42,571 nucleotides of DNA from Octopus bimaculoides (taxonomy: Eukaryota). The notes beneath the pieces are model-generated. The model had not been told where the DNA came from. It saw nothing but the letters and a program-made list of their open reading frames with translations, and searched no databases. How positions within the stretch are numbered: position 1 is the first letter of the stretch; each line of letters begins with the position of its first letter. Made by a program: the position numbers and the translations under genes. The stretch spans positions 23,729,928 to 23,772,498 of the forward strand of contig NC_068984.1 of NCBI RefSeq assembly GCF_001194135.2. The letters run 5' to 3'. Shown here in pieces: positions 12,131 to 23,782 of this stretch.

Positions 12131-13794
12131 AATAAGCACACGCACTGGTTCGGTCCTTTATTATTGTTATTGTTCGTGTTGTTATTTCATGGCATTGTCC
12201 AATCTCTTCAGTGAGACATCTTTCTACTTCTATTTCTTTTGAACCTATGTTCCAGCGTTGGGATTTGTCCGAGATGAGTATGTGAGTGTGTATATGTCTG
12301 TATGTGTGTATGTTTAAACGTGTGTGCATCCGTGTGTGTGTGTTTTAAATACTGACGTATGTCATTGTTATATACATAAGATAGCTGTTTTGCTTTTCTA
12401 TTTGTTTTCTACGCAAACGCACGCGTTCATCCATATGACGTTTCTCTCAAAGACAGTTAAACCGTCTTCTTTGTTTGATTAATGTTGAATAAATTGATGT
12501 CTATCTGCGCGTGCGTATGAGCATGCGTATGCGTGCGCGCGTGTCCGTGTGTGTATAGGAAGGCATGTGAGCACGAGCGTGCGTCTGTTTGTGTGTCCGT
12601 GTGTGAGCATGTGTCTGTGTCTTAGTGTGTCTTTACGCTTTATTGAGTCGGAATACTATTCGCAATCTCGAGGTTTTGAGTTAAAATTTGTTCGAGGTCA
12701 ATAAATTAAGGTCCAGTGATATCGTAGTAGAATCCGGAATATCAAGGAAGATATTCACATTTATAGTGGTTGCCTGTATGTCAGAATTTTAATATGTGAT
12801 TTTGTGTTTTACACGAACCCTCAAATGTGACTGATAATCAGAAGCGGGAGAAAATCCATTGGAAAGACTCAAAAGATTTTGGACAGTAGATTGCTTTTGA
12901 ACACAATGAAACTTCTTGTTGCTTTGTCCGGACCCATAGAATACTTCAAATCACATTGTAGCTAATGCGATCACTTAATTTTTAAACCATCATAATACTT
13001 AGAGTAGTGAACAAACTACAACTGCTGCAAATAAGGAGGCTTGGATCATCGATAGTTAAGTGTTTTGATTATCATAGACAAAGCATCGAAACAGGGTTAG
13101 GAACTGTAAAAGCTTTAGCCGGTAGAATGACGCTGAACCAATAAATTTGAAGAAGTTAATTAGTTATTAACACTAACGTGGTAAAGGCAAGGAAAAATAT
13201 TAGTTCAATGACATTAATGTAATCTGAAATTGGCAAGTACAGACAACAATTTCGGATATATGTTCCAGCATTATTATCGCTCTTCGGATATGTTTCAGAA
13301 TTATTATCGCGAAATACAGCCTCCTTCGTACTTGCCGGATTAGCGATTAGAGAATCACTATACTGATGTACAATAATGTAAATGAGTAGACGTAAAAAAT
13401 GTGCAAATTAAGTGAAAGAAAACTAGACAGGAAAAACATCTGCACGAAAAACAGCAGTGAAGTTAATACCGTTATATTTCATATGATGGGGTAAAAATCA
13501 ACTGAATTAGTAATAGATATAGGTTACGAGAAAAAAAAAAAGAAGAAAAAGTTAGCAACATAAGCTCAATGATTAATATTAGTTTGATTTGATATCAGAA
13601 AGTAGGGGTAGCAATATTAGAGATGTTTTAGACATCCTCAGTAAAACATTATTTTATCCGCTTTTGCCAGATTAGTGATACTTGAGCCGATGATTTCTAT
13701 CAACCATTTAATTAAATAGATTTGTTTCCTTATTACATTAAATATAACGACCTTAACTAGACTATTATTTTTTGTGTGGATAACGATCCACACA

Positions 13795-13830
13795 AACCCT
13801 AACCCTAACCCTAACCCTAACCCTAACCCT
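13795..13830. repeat. Interstitial telomere-type repeat (AACCCT)6
   Basis: Six perfect units. TTAGGG is the common metazoan (including molluscan) telomere motif. Confidence 0.9.
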
Positions 13831-14131
13831 TGATAATTTCCTTCAGTCATTATGATAACTTTTGATGCTTAAGAGTGTACATTATTGTACATTAATATAG
13901 TCTTTGTTTTTTTTACTAACTTAACAAGGACGGAAAATTTTGATTCGCTGAGGAGGTTTGATAGTACTGAAACATGCAGGTTGTCATCCGTACTTGCCAA
14001 GCTGAGATTGAATATTAGTCATTGAACTAATATTTTCTTCTCTTTACCACATAAGTGTTATTAATTAGATTTTCCCTCACTTCATTAACTATAATGGCGT
14101 AAAGCCAATCTGGATACACTTACTGTATCAA

Positions 14132-14134
<3 letters not shown>

Positions 14135-14166
<32 letters not shown>

Positions 14167-14167
14167 G

Positions 14168-14240
<73 letters not shown>

Positions 14241-14241
14241 A
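14135..14241. repeat. Compound (CAA)n(CTA)n microsatellite
   Basis: Directly visible. Confidence 0.95.
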
Positions 14242-14908
14242 GTAAATAAAAACATCAAAACTACAAGTAAACAAACATAGAAATCGGTTTGTGGTTTTAA
14301 TGGATAGTATTGTCCATAAATTACTGAAGTGTGACGGAATGCATCTCGTTCTTCTTGTGTGTGTCATGTTAGATGTTATTTTATACGTTTGCGGGCGACA
14401 ATGTCTTAGATCGTCAGCCATTGTTAAGTTTATTGTGAATGTGATTTTATAAATCTAGTTTATTACAGGATATAATTTATAGTTGCAAATAATTGATTTA
14501 ACAGTTGACCTGCACCTAGTTTAATGAAAATAGCTATTCAACTGTGTTGTAAAAACTTCAATATTTCCATCAAACATATGACCGAATTTATGGTCCTTTG
14601 ATCTCAAGATCGTTTAATAAAAAAAGGAGAGAATAAAATTAAACAAACAAAAACCAACAACAGAAAGTAAGAGGCTAGTTTTTGTTGTTTTGTATCGTTT
14701 CCCAATTTTCATTCATTTTTTTCCCCCTCCGTTAGTATCAAGGTAACTCAGTACAAGAATATTTTTTATAATCAAATTTGAATACCTCATTTTCTCTATG
14801 TTGACTACTTGTTTTAATAGAATGAGAGGTAAGTTACTGGGGAGTTGAGAACGCGCCATAGTTTCGATTTCTAGCTGAATCAATTTCAGCTTAACTTAGA
14901 ATGTTAAT

Positions 14909-15094
14909 TTTGTTGTCTGGGGAGAGTCATTTTCTTATTGTGCCTTAAAATTTAACACAAAGTGGAAATTTTACCGGTGAGTGTGTTAAATTTTAAGGCA
15001 CAATAAGAAAATGACTCTCCCCAGACACAACAGAATATGCTTCAACACACGAAATCACATAAAAAAATCTTGCAAACCAAATCCAAAAACGAAA
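14909..15094. mobile_element. 186-bp insertion with a perfect 46-bp internal inverted repeat and a 13-bp TSD
   Basis: Arms at 14914-14959 and 14982-15027; direct repeat ttagaatgttaat at 14896-14908 and 15095-15107. A diverged relative lies at about 27620-27705. Confidence 0.75.
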
Positions 15095-15298
15095 TTAGAA
15101 TGTTAATGGATTTTGAAAAGCAAGAAGTTTTCAGTAATATTCTTCTCTTCTGGAAATCTATATGCTAAAAATGATTCAGTCGGCGGAGAACAAACAGTGC
15201 GTATGATCTTTACATGCCACATAGTGAAGTGCATTAAATGTTCTTGACCATTGCAATAATGAAATAACAACGAAATAGGGAGGACACAGTTTGATTAC

Positions 15299-15685
15299 TT
15301 TTTATCCTTTACTTGTTTTAGTCATTGGATTGCGACCATACTGAGGCACCGTCATCAAGAGTTTTAGTCGAACAGATCGTTCCCAGTACTCATTTTTACA
15401 CCTGATACTTATTCTATTGGTCGTTTTTGTCGCACCGCTAGTTTTAGGGACGTAAAGAAGCCAACACCGGTTGTGAAGCTGGGAAGGGGTGTACAAACAC
15501 GGACACAAACATACACACATGTTTAGACGACGGTCTTCCACACAGTTTCCGTCTACCAAATTCATCCACAAGGAATTAGTTGGCCAGGCTATATATATAG
15601 TAGGACACACCTGCATAAGGTGTTGCATTGTGGGACTGAATCCGAAACAACGTGGCTGCAATGCGAGCTGCTTAACCACGCAGCC
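15299..15685 (-). mobile_element. SINE family A
   Basis: Colinear with 34-433. Confidence 0.85.
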
Positions 15686-17147
15686 ATGTGTGATAGAATG
15701 TGTTTAGTACTGACGTACTAAAATATATCTTTCTTTCGTTTACAGTAAAAATTTCGGCGCTAATGCTATTTTGCACCTCTCCTTGAAAAATGCATTTAAA
15801 AAGAAAAAAAATTTCGGATTCCTACGTTTTAGATGACGGAGATTACGAATATGCACTCCCATTTGAAATTTTGAACTTTTTCAAAATTTTTTTTCAAAAT
15901 TTTTTTCCTGTTCTAGACGACGAAAATTCCGAATATGCCAGAAACCACGTTTTCAAAATTTTAAATTCAATAAGCATGTAGATATGTGTATAAAGAGAAA
16001 GATGGATATGAATGTCTTCCTGGGGCTAAAAACAACAGTAACACCGTCTTCTATAGGACCGCCACATTTAGTTGACAAATATATTATTTAAGGCAAACAC
16101 AAGTAAAACGCAAATTCTTTTCACTTTAATGTTTTTATATGTATTTAATTTCGATTTGNNNNNNNNNNNNNNNNNNNNNNNNNNNNNNNNNNNNNNNNNN
16201 NNNNNNNNNNNNNNNNNNNNNNNNNNNNNNNNNNNNNNNNNNNNNNNNNNNNNNNNNNNNNNNNNNNNNNNNNNNNNNNNNNNNNNNNNNNNNNNNNNNN
16301 NNNNNNNNNNNNNNNNNNNNNNNNNNNNNNNNNNNNNNNNNNNNNNNNNNNNNNNNNNNNNNNNNNNNNNNNNNNNNNNNNNNNNNNNNNNNNNNNNNNN
16401 NNNNNNNNNNNNNNNNNNNNNNNNNNNNNNNNNNNNNNNNNNNNNNNNNNNNNNNNNNNNNNNNNNNNNNNNNNNNNNNNNNNNNNNNNNNNNNNNNNNN
16501 NNNNNNNNNNNNNNNNNNNNNNNNNNNNNNNNATGTGTGATAGAATGTGTTTAGTACTGACGTACTAAAATATATCTTTCTTTCGTTTACAGTAAAAATT
16601 TCGGCGCTAATGCTATTTTGCACCTCTCCTTGAAAAATGCATTTAAAAAGAAAAAAGCAAAACGAAGGTATGGAAATTAAATACGCTTTACACCGCTTAA
16701 TCAGCCAAAGGAGTAAATATAAACAACTGAATACTTGTCAGTGATTGGTTGAAATTATCGAAATAAGACAATTTTTTACATGAAATAAATTCGAATACAA
16801 AAATATTTTTCTGTTCTATAACACAAAATAGATAAGTATACGAAGTTTGAAAGTCTTTCGGTACCAAAAACACTACGTAAAACATTAATGAAAAATGTGG
16901 CCCCCGTTTTAAAAAAGATTCCCGAGCTATTTAGTTGTACTTTGTGGCTAAGCTTACAGTTCATTTTTTAAATTTCATTGTGTCAGCAGAAACGATTGGA
17001 TTTCGTGTTTATTTCATATAAAATATATTTTCACATCCGTGAGTTATTGTGGTTGTCGACACATTTTGGAAATTATCGAGTCGGTGTGCAGAAATTTGTT
17101 CGTTTATCAACGATGTAAGCTTATTTTGTACATTGTTCGTTTAAGTC

Positions 17148-17230
17148 AGCGAGCTGGCAGAATCATCAGCACGCCGGACAAAATGCTTAGCTCTATTTCG
17201 TCCGTCTTTAAATTCTGAGTTCGATTTCTG
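17148..17230 (+). mobile_element. SINE family B head (left arm of a fold-back pair)
   Basis: gcgagctggcagaatcatcagcacgccggacaaaatgcttag. Confidence 0.8.
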
Positions 17231-17358
17231 CTCAACTGTACTTATTTTATCGACCCCGAAAGGATGAAAGGCAAATTCGACCTCGGTGAAATCCACAACG
17301 TAAGGACGGATGAAATGCCGCTAAGCATTTTGTCCGGTGCGCTAACAATTCTGCCAGC
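17231..17358 (-). mobile_element. SINE family B head and core (right arm of a fold-back pair)
   Basis: Reverse complement gctggcagaattgttagcgcaccggacaaaatgcttagcgg...gcctttcatcctttcggggtcgataaaataagtac. Confidence 0.85.
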
Positions 17359-18653
17359 CCTTAGCTATTCATTATATTGTTCATTATTAAGTACCAACCG
17401 TGACCATTCCAGTGCAGTAAAAACATTTTATTCCTGGATATGCGTTACTGAAATTAGGATATATTTAACGTCACCATTGCATCTTGTATGCCATCAAATG
17501 CGGTAATTACTGTCAGTGGCGATTAACAAAATGGTGTTTAAATTCGTATTAATCCAGAAATTTCTATTAAATCACATCTAGGGAAACACCGTGAGCAATA
17601 AATTTCTGTTACGATGATTATTTATCACTAACCCACCCCCCACCTCCCACCCACAAATCAGATCCAGTAGGCTGCCAGCCTGGATATCACTTCCCTCTCT
17701 TACACACCTGTACCTTCTGAGATAAGTTATATCTCCTCGGCATTCCTATAGTATAGAGTTGAAAATTATCTAGTGTACCAAAACCGTAATTTCTTCCGAT
17801 CTGTATGTTTCCAGTGTCGCAGATTAAGAATCTGCAGAAAGGGGATGGTTTGCTCCCTTTTTACCCTAAATTTTCTTTTGAATTCTGTTCTTTTTTCAGA
17901 TTTATGTCTTAATCATCTGCGATTACGATTCTCAAAAATTATACGTATTATAAATCCGAAAAAAAAAAAAAAAGAATGTTTGTTATGGCATATGTCGTTA
18001 TACATCTATGGAATGGCTTTATCTATCGTTTCTGTCGCAGAAAAAAAAGACAAAAAGCAAGAACAAAACAAAACTACTCTGCTGCTATATTTGTTAGTAA
18101 GTTCCCATTTCACTGCGATAGTTTAGTTTTCTTTCTATCTCATTTCTTTTCAGTTCAATTGTCATATCTTCTGGTTTTCACTTTCATTTCTATCGCGTTT
18201 TAAACTTTTTTAAAGCCTAAAATAGTGCACGATCTAGCTTATATAAATCAACTACTATTCGGAATTGTGAATGATACTTAATTCCGATTTGACAAGCAAA
18301 TATACTAACACGTTGTAGAATTATTCATGGGATCGAGTGTCTCCGGTTTACTAGTGATATGGCACATGAACATACTGGAGCGTGAAGTACTCAGTACGTG
18401 CTACTCTTGCGCTTTCTATACATTTGTTACGGCATAAACATAGAATATAAATTTACTTTCTTCCAATCTTACATCGTTAAGTAGCTTATATTATCTTCCT
18501 ATTTAACTACTGAGCCGGCAATGCTGCAGATAAATTGTAAGACATTTGTAGAGTTTCATTCAATGAATAAATATTGTATTAGCAACGAAACAGAAAGAAA
18601 CGACTAGAATTATACGCTCCGTAGTAGCCGGGTAGCTGTATTATCACTTGTTC

Positions 18654-18873
18654 AATTTCTTTATTGTCCACAAGGGGCTAAACATAGAGAGGACAAACAA
18701 AGGGGTTAAGTCGATTACATCGACCCAGTGCGTAACTGGTACTTAATTTATCGACCCCGAAAGGATGAAAGGCAAAGTCGACCTCGGCGGAATTTGAACT
18801 CAGAACGTAACGGCAGACGAAATACCGCTAAGCATTTCGCCCGTTATGCTAACGTTTCTGCCAGCTCGCCGCC
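18654..18873 (-). mobile_element. Young full-length SINE family B
   Basis: Perfect 21-bp TSD tagctgtattatcacttgttc at 18633-18653 and 18874-18894. Confidence 0.95.
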
Positions 18874-18987
18874 TAGCTGTATTATCACTTGTTCGATTGC
18901 TTAGTCCATAACTTAGCACAAACACTAGACTTTGAAGAAGCTTAATGTTACTTGTTTCAGAAGGTGAGATAACCTAGAGCACACTGT

Positions 18988-19375
18988 TGTTGTTGTTGGC
19001 ACTCCGTCGCTTACAACGTCGAGGATTCCAGTTGATCTGATCAAAGGAACAGCCTGCTCGTAAAATTAACGTGCAAGTGGCCGAGCACTCCACAGACACG
19101 TGTACCCTTAACGTAGTTCTCGGGGATATTCAGCGTGACACAGTGTGACAAGGCTGACCCTTTGAATTATAGGCACAACAAAAACAGGAAGTAAGAGTGA
19201 GAGAAAGTTGTAGGGAAAGAGTACAGCAGGGTTCACCACCATCTCCTGCCGGAGCCTCGTGGAGCTTTAGGTGTTTTCGTTCAATAAACACTCACAACGC
19301 CCGGTCTGGGAATCGAAACTGCGATCCTATGACCACGAGTCTGCTGCCCTAACCACTGGGCCATTGCGCCTCCAC
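18988..19375 (-). mobile_element. Young full-length tRNA-derived SINE, family C, with (CAA)n tail
   Basis: Head tggaggcgcaatggcccagtggttagggcagcag...gtttcgattcccagacc; perfect 12-bp TSD agagcacactgt at 18976-18987 and 19376-19387. Confidence 0.95.
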
Positions 19376-19431
19376 AGAGCACACTGTAATAATACAAGGA
19401 ATGGCTTGAACCGCTAACTTTTACTATTACC

Positions 19432-19593
19432 TTCTTTTACTTTCTACTGGAGGCACAAGGTCTCAGATTTGTTGGGAGGGGACCAGTCGATTACATCGAC
19501 CTCAGTGTTTTACTGGTACTTAATTTATTGACCCCGAAAGGATTAAAGGCGGAATTTGAACTCAGAAGGTTGCGACAGGCGAAATACCGCTAG
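19432..19593 (-). mobile_element. SINE family B, internally deleted
   Basis: Reverse complement of the family B core and tail. Confidence 0.8.
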
Positions 19594-20959
19594 TGTTAAA
19601 TCTTTAGACAAATTGTTTTTCTCTTTAAAGTTTTAGCTTTGCTTCGTGTATAAGTCCAGTTTTTCCAGTTAAAATCAAATATAAAATAGTGTGACTTATG
19701 CACAATTGTTTCCTGTGTGGTTCTAAAAGAGGCGAAGAATAATATATATTTGAAGCATACGAATATGGTGTTAGTGAAAATGTTTTTATTATTTTAGTGT
19801 TCAAATTTCCGGTTTCGCCGTTGTGTTTCATCTCTCTGAATTCGTTGAAATAAGCCCTATTGATATATCGATGGTTGCATTTGGTCGGAATCAGTTGAAT
19901 ATCATAATTGTCGACTTTGATTTTTCATTCATCCGTCTAGAGTAAATGTAATAAGCATCGGTATTTTATTAAGAGCGAGTCGCTTGCCTATTCTCTGCCT
20001 CATTATAAAATTAATCTTGTTTATTCTTGACTTCTCGAGATAGGATTGAAAACCGAATATTTTCCCAAGTCTATCCAGATTAGTTGTTTTGACATTCGTG
20101 ACCCTTTCTTACAACAAACATTTGTTATAAAAGCTTTATGAAACAACTTCTAATACTCAGCAGTGTTCAGAATTATTGTATTCCTACAGTGATACATGGA
20201 CAGAAGATAAATTGATTGAATCATCACCAGTAGACAACTAGTACGTGATTTAACGGTCTCAAGTGAAAGAGAAATTAAGTCAACGCCATATATATATGTA
20301 TAAATATATACTTTTGTTATTTACACCACCTGTCCTCGTCTGTTGTTATTTTTTGTATATTCTCCCATACATATATACATATATATACATATATGTATAC
20401 ATACATACATACACACACACACACATATATATATCCAAGAAAGTTAGGGGTTGTGAATCCAACCCTCTAAGGGATAATATCTATCCAATATACTGCTGGA
20501 AGAATACCCAATTATTATTACACTAGTATCTTTTTCATTTTATTACCAAGTGCAATAAATGGGTGCGAGTAAAAAGATATTTTACCATTAATTTATATAG
20601 CAATAAGAAAATGGAGGGGAATAGGTGGTATTCATCAACTTTTAGACATTGTATTGTGTGAATTTATCTGTTTATTTGTTAACTAAAAGGACAATAATAA
20701 CAATATACAAACACATGCGACATATTATGTCATATCAGTAATTAAAAAAGGATATATAGTGACAGAGAATGGGATAATGACTTACAGTTGTTTCAGTCTA
20801 GAGGTGACATGCCTCTTTCTATTTATGTAACTCCAGTAAGCAGAAGTTATTAATAGATGAACTAGATGAAATAGAGGTACATGGATGATTCTCTACGCCT
20901 CTTCAGAGATTTTATAAAGTTCATTAGGTTAATTTAAAATATAAAAATATAAAAACCGT

Positions 20960-21194
20960 AAAAACTCATATATATATGCATATGCATACTTTAACATATA
21001 CATAGATATACATAAATAAACATAAATACATATATGTACATTTAAATGTACATACACAAATGTTCATACATGCACACAAATGAGTTAATTATTATTGATA
21101 TTATACATGAGGAGGACACATATATATACCCACCCACACATACATACATACATATATACATATACATACACATATATATATACATACATACATG

Positions 21195-21244
<50 letters not shown>

Positions 21245-21830
21245 CATATACATGCATATACATACATACATACACACACACACNNNNNNNNNNNNNNNNN
21301 NNNNNNNNNNNNNNNNNNNNNNNNNNNNNNNNNNNNNNNNNNNNNNNNNNNNNNNNNNNNNNNNNNNNNNNNNNNNNNNNNNNNNNNNNNNNNNNNNNNN
21401 NNNNNNNNNNNNNNNNNNNNNNNNNNNNNNNNNNNNNNNNNNNNNNNNNNNNNNNNNNNNNNNNNNNNNNNNNNNNNNNNNNNNNNNNNNNNNNNNNNNN
21501 NNNNNNNNNNNNNNNNNNNNNNNNNNNNNNNNNNNNNNNNNNNNNNNNNNNNNNNNNNNNNNNNNNNNNNNNNNNNNNNNNNNNNNNNNNNNNNNNNNNN
21601 NNNNNNNNNNNNNNNNNNNNNNNNNNNNNNNNNNNNNNNNNNNNNNNNNNNNNNNNNNNNNNNNNNNNNNNNNNNNNNNNNNNNNNNNNNNNNNNNNNNN
21701 NNNNNNNNNNNNNNNNNNNNNNNNNNNNNNNNNNNNNNNNNNNNNNNNNNNNNNNNNNNNNNNNNNNNNNNNNNNNNNNNNNNNNNNNNNNNNNNNNNNN
21801 NNNNNNNNNNNNNTATATATATATATAAAC
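20960..21830. repeat. (TA)/(CA)/(TACA) low-complexity tract with N gap 21284-21813
   Basis: Directly visible. Confidence 0.9.
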
Positions 21831-22145
21831 TTAGATAAACTTAGATATGTTTCGACCAAAGATTGGTCCAGGCCATGTCTAACTTAATAGCACCACCTGA
21901 TAAGATTATCTAAATCCTTTTTACAGTTAAGTTTTGTTTATCATCCATTCAAGTAGTGAGTTCTTATTGAGTGAGTTGTATCCAGGTATGGGTGGCTTGT
22001 CTGGTATTCCTTGAAGAAATCTGTCCAGACTCCGTTTAAAGCTGAGAGGATCCTTTTCCTCTTTTATCTGTTTATGTTAAACAGGGCAGAGCCTGTTGAG
22101 GAAAAGAAATTATGCCGCAGTGTACCTATATGTTGTGATCCTGAG
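21829..22145 (-). mobile_element. CR1-group LINE 3' end
   Basis: Minus-strand translation TLRHNFFSSTGSALFN..KEEKDPLSFKRSLDRFLQGIPDKPPIPGYNSLNKNSLLEW fits the CR1-type ORF2 C-terminus (FK..LD.FL..IPD.P). It is followed by a short 3' UTR and a tandem atctaagttt tail. Confidence 0.75.
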
Positions 22146-22148
22146 AGA

Positions 22149-22184
<36 letters not shown>

Positions 22185-22308
22185 TAGAGAGTGAATGAGT
22201 GAGTGAGTGAGTGAGAGAGATTCTTACCTGAGGTAACAGGTTACTGCATAAGCGTAAAGGCGCACGCACATACATACATACATACATACATACATACATA
22301 CATACATA

Positions 22309-22732
22309 AAATGGAAGAACAACAGACTTGATGCGATGATTTGGGATTGAGAAGAGAAACTGTGCACAGTTGTGGAAATTAGCTGCCCAGCGGATGCTAA
22401 CATAAAGAGTACAGTGAAAAAGAGAATACCTATGCTGACCTATTGAGAAATCTGCAGTTACTCTACTCAGATTACAAGTTCATGCTTATACTTGTAATTA
22501 TTGGGGCCCTGGGATATGTAACAAACTGCCTAAATACCAAGCTTGAGAAATTAGGCTTCTCAAAACCAGAAAGGAGAAAGCTAATTCGAAGACTATAGAT
22601 CCAATCCATCACTGGAACTGTAAAACTTTCCAGAAATTTATCATTTAAATGTATATGAGCATGTCTAGATATGCAACTATATGCATGAGAATATATACAT
22701 AAAACATACAAATCTGCACATACATACATACA

Positions 22733-22766
<34 letters not shown>

Positions 22767-22885
22767 CTTACAAACAAAAATACCCTGTTGTTGATGTTGA
22801 AATTCCAATCAAGGAGCCTTGGATCTAGGTTAGGAACCAATTCTTTCGTTGTTGGCAAGAAATCTCGAAATAAAATTAATAATGA
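22309..22885 (+). mobile_element. 5'-truncated R4/Dong-type non-LTR retrotransposon: RLE domain plus 3' UTR, embedded in (CATA)n
   Basis: Translation NNRLDAMIWD*EEKLCTVVEISCPADANI..ENTYADLLRNLQLLY..VIIGALGYV..L*IQSITGTVK..TFQKFII* (stop 22646-48) matches the restriction-like endonuclease pattern RPD...E...K.Y / IIGALG / Q...GT. (CATA)n lies on both sides. Confidence 0.85.
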
Positions 22886-23554
22886 CATACATACATACAC
22901 GCATACATACATACACGCATACATTCATACGTACATACATAGATACATACATACATACATACATACATATACTTACGTGCATACACCCATATACATATAT
23001 ATGTGAATCTGAGTGAGTATGTGAGTGTGTGTATATGTGCTTGAGCGTGTGTTTGCATGTGTACATATGCGTGCGTACGCGCGCTTGCGTGTGTGTGTGT
23101 GTGTGTGTGTGTGTGNNNNNNNNNNNNNNNNNNNNNNNNNNNNNNNNNNNNNNNNNNNNNNNNNNNNNNNNNNNNNNNNNNNNNNNNNNNNNNNNNNNNN
23201 NNNNNNNNNNNNNNNNNNNNNNNNNNNNNNNNNNNNNNNNNNNNNNNNNNNNNNNNNNNNNNNNNNNNNNNNNNNNNNNNNNNNNNNNNNNNNNNNNNNN
23301 NNNNNNNNNNNNNNNNNNNNNNNNNNNNNNNNNNNNNNNNNNNNNNNNNNNNNNNNNNNNNNNNNNNNNNNNNNNNNNNNNNNNNNNNNNNNNNNNNNNN
23401 NNNNNNNNNNNNNNNNNNNNNNNNNNNNNNNNNNNNNNNNNNNNNNNNNNNNNNNNNNNNNNNNNNNNNNNNNNNNNNNNNNNNNNNNNNNNNNNNATAT
23501 ACTTATATATATATATACATATATATAAGTATATGCATATGTATATATATATAT

Positions 23555-23782
23555 GTATGTGTGTGTTTCTGTGTGTTTGTCCTCCTCCCACCATCGCTTG
23601 ATAACCGAAGCTGGTGTGTTTAGGTCCTCGTAATCTAGCGGTTCGGCAAAGAGGTCCGATACAACGAGTAGTAGGCTTACAAAAAAAAAAAATAAGTCCC
23701 GGGGTCTATTTGTTCGACTAAAGGCGGTGCTCCAGCATGGCCGCAGTCAAATGACTGTAACAAATAAAAGTACAAAAGAATA
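23555..23782 (+). mobile_element. SINE family A 3' half
   Basis: ...ggcggtgctccagcatggccgcagtcaaatgactgtaacaaataaaag is the reverse complement of the family A tail. Confidence 0.85.

Noticed and set aside
22228-22243. 16-nt microexon with CAG|gtaaga donor
   Set aside because: It is wedged between microsatellites and two LINE remnants, is not a multiple of three, and has no independent support.
21042-23623. Long ORF-track entries rich in YI/HT/CV and X
   Set aside because: They are translations of dinucleotide/tetranucleotide repeats and N gaps, not coding sequence. The same applies at 10352-10719, 11298-11925, 16072-16623, 33137-34043 and 36129-37960.
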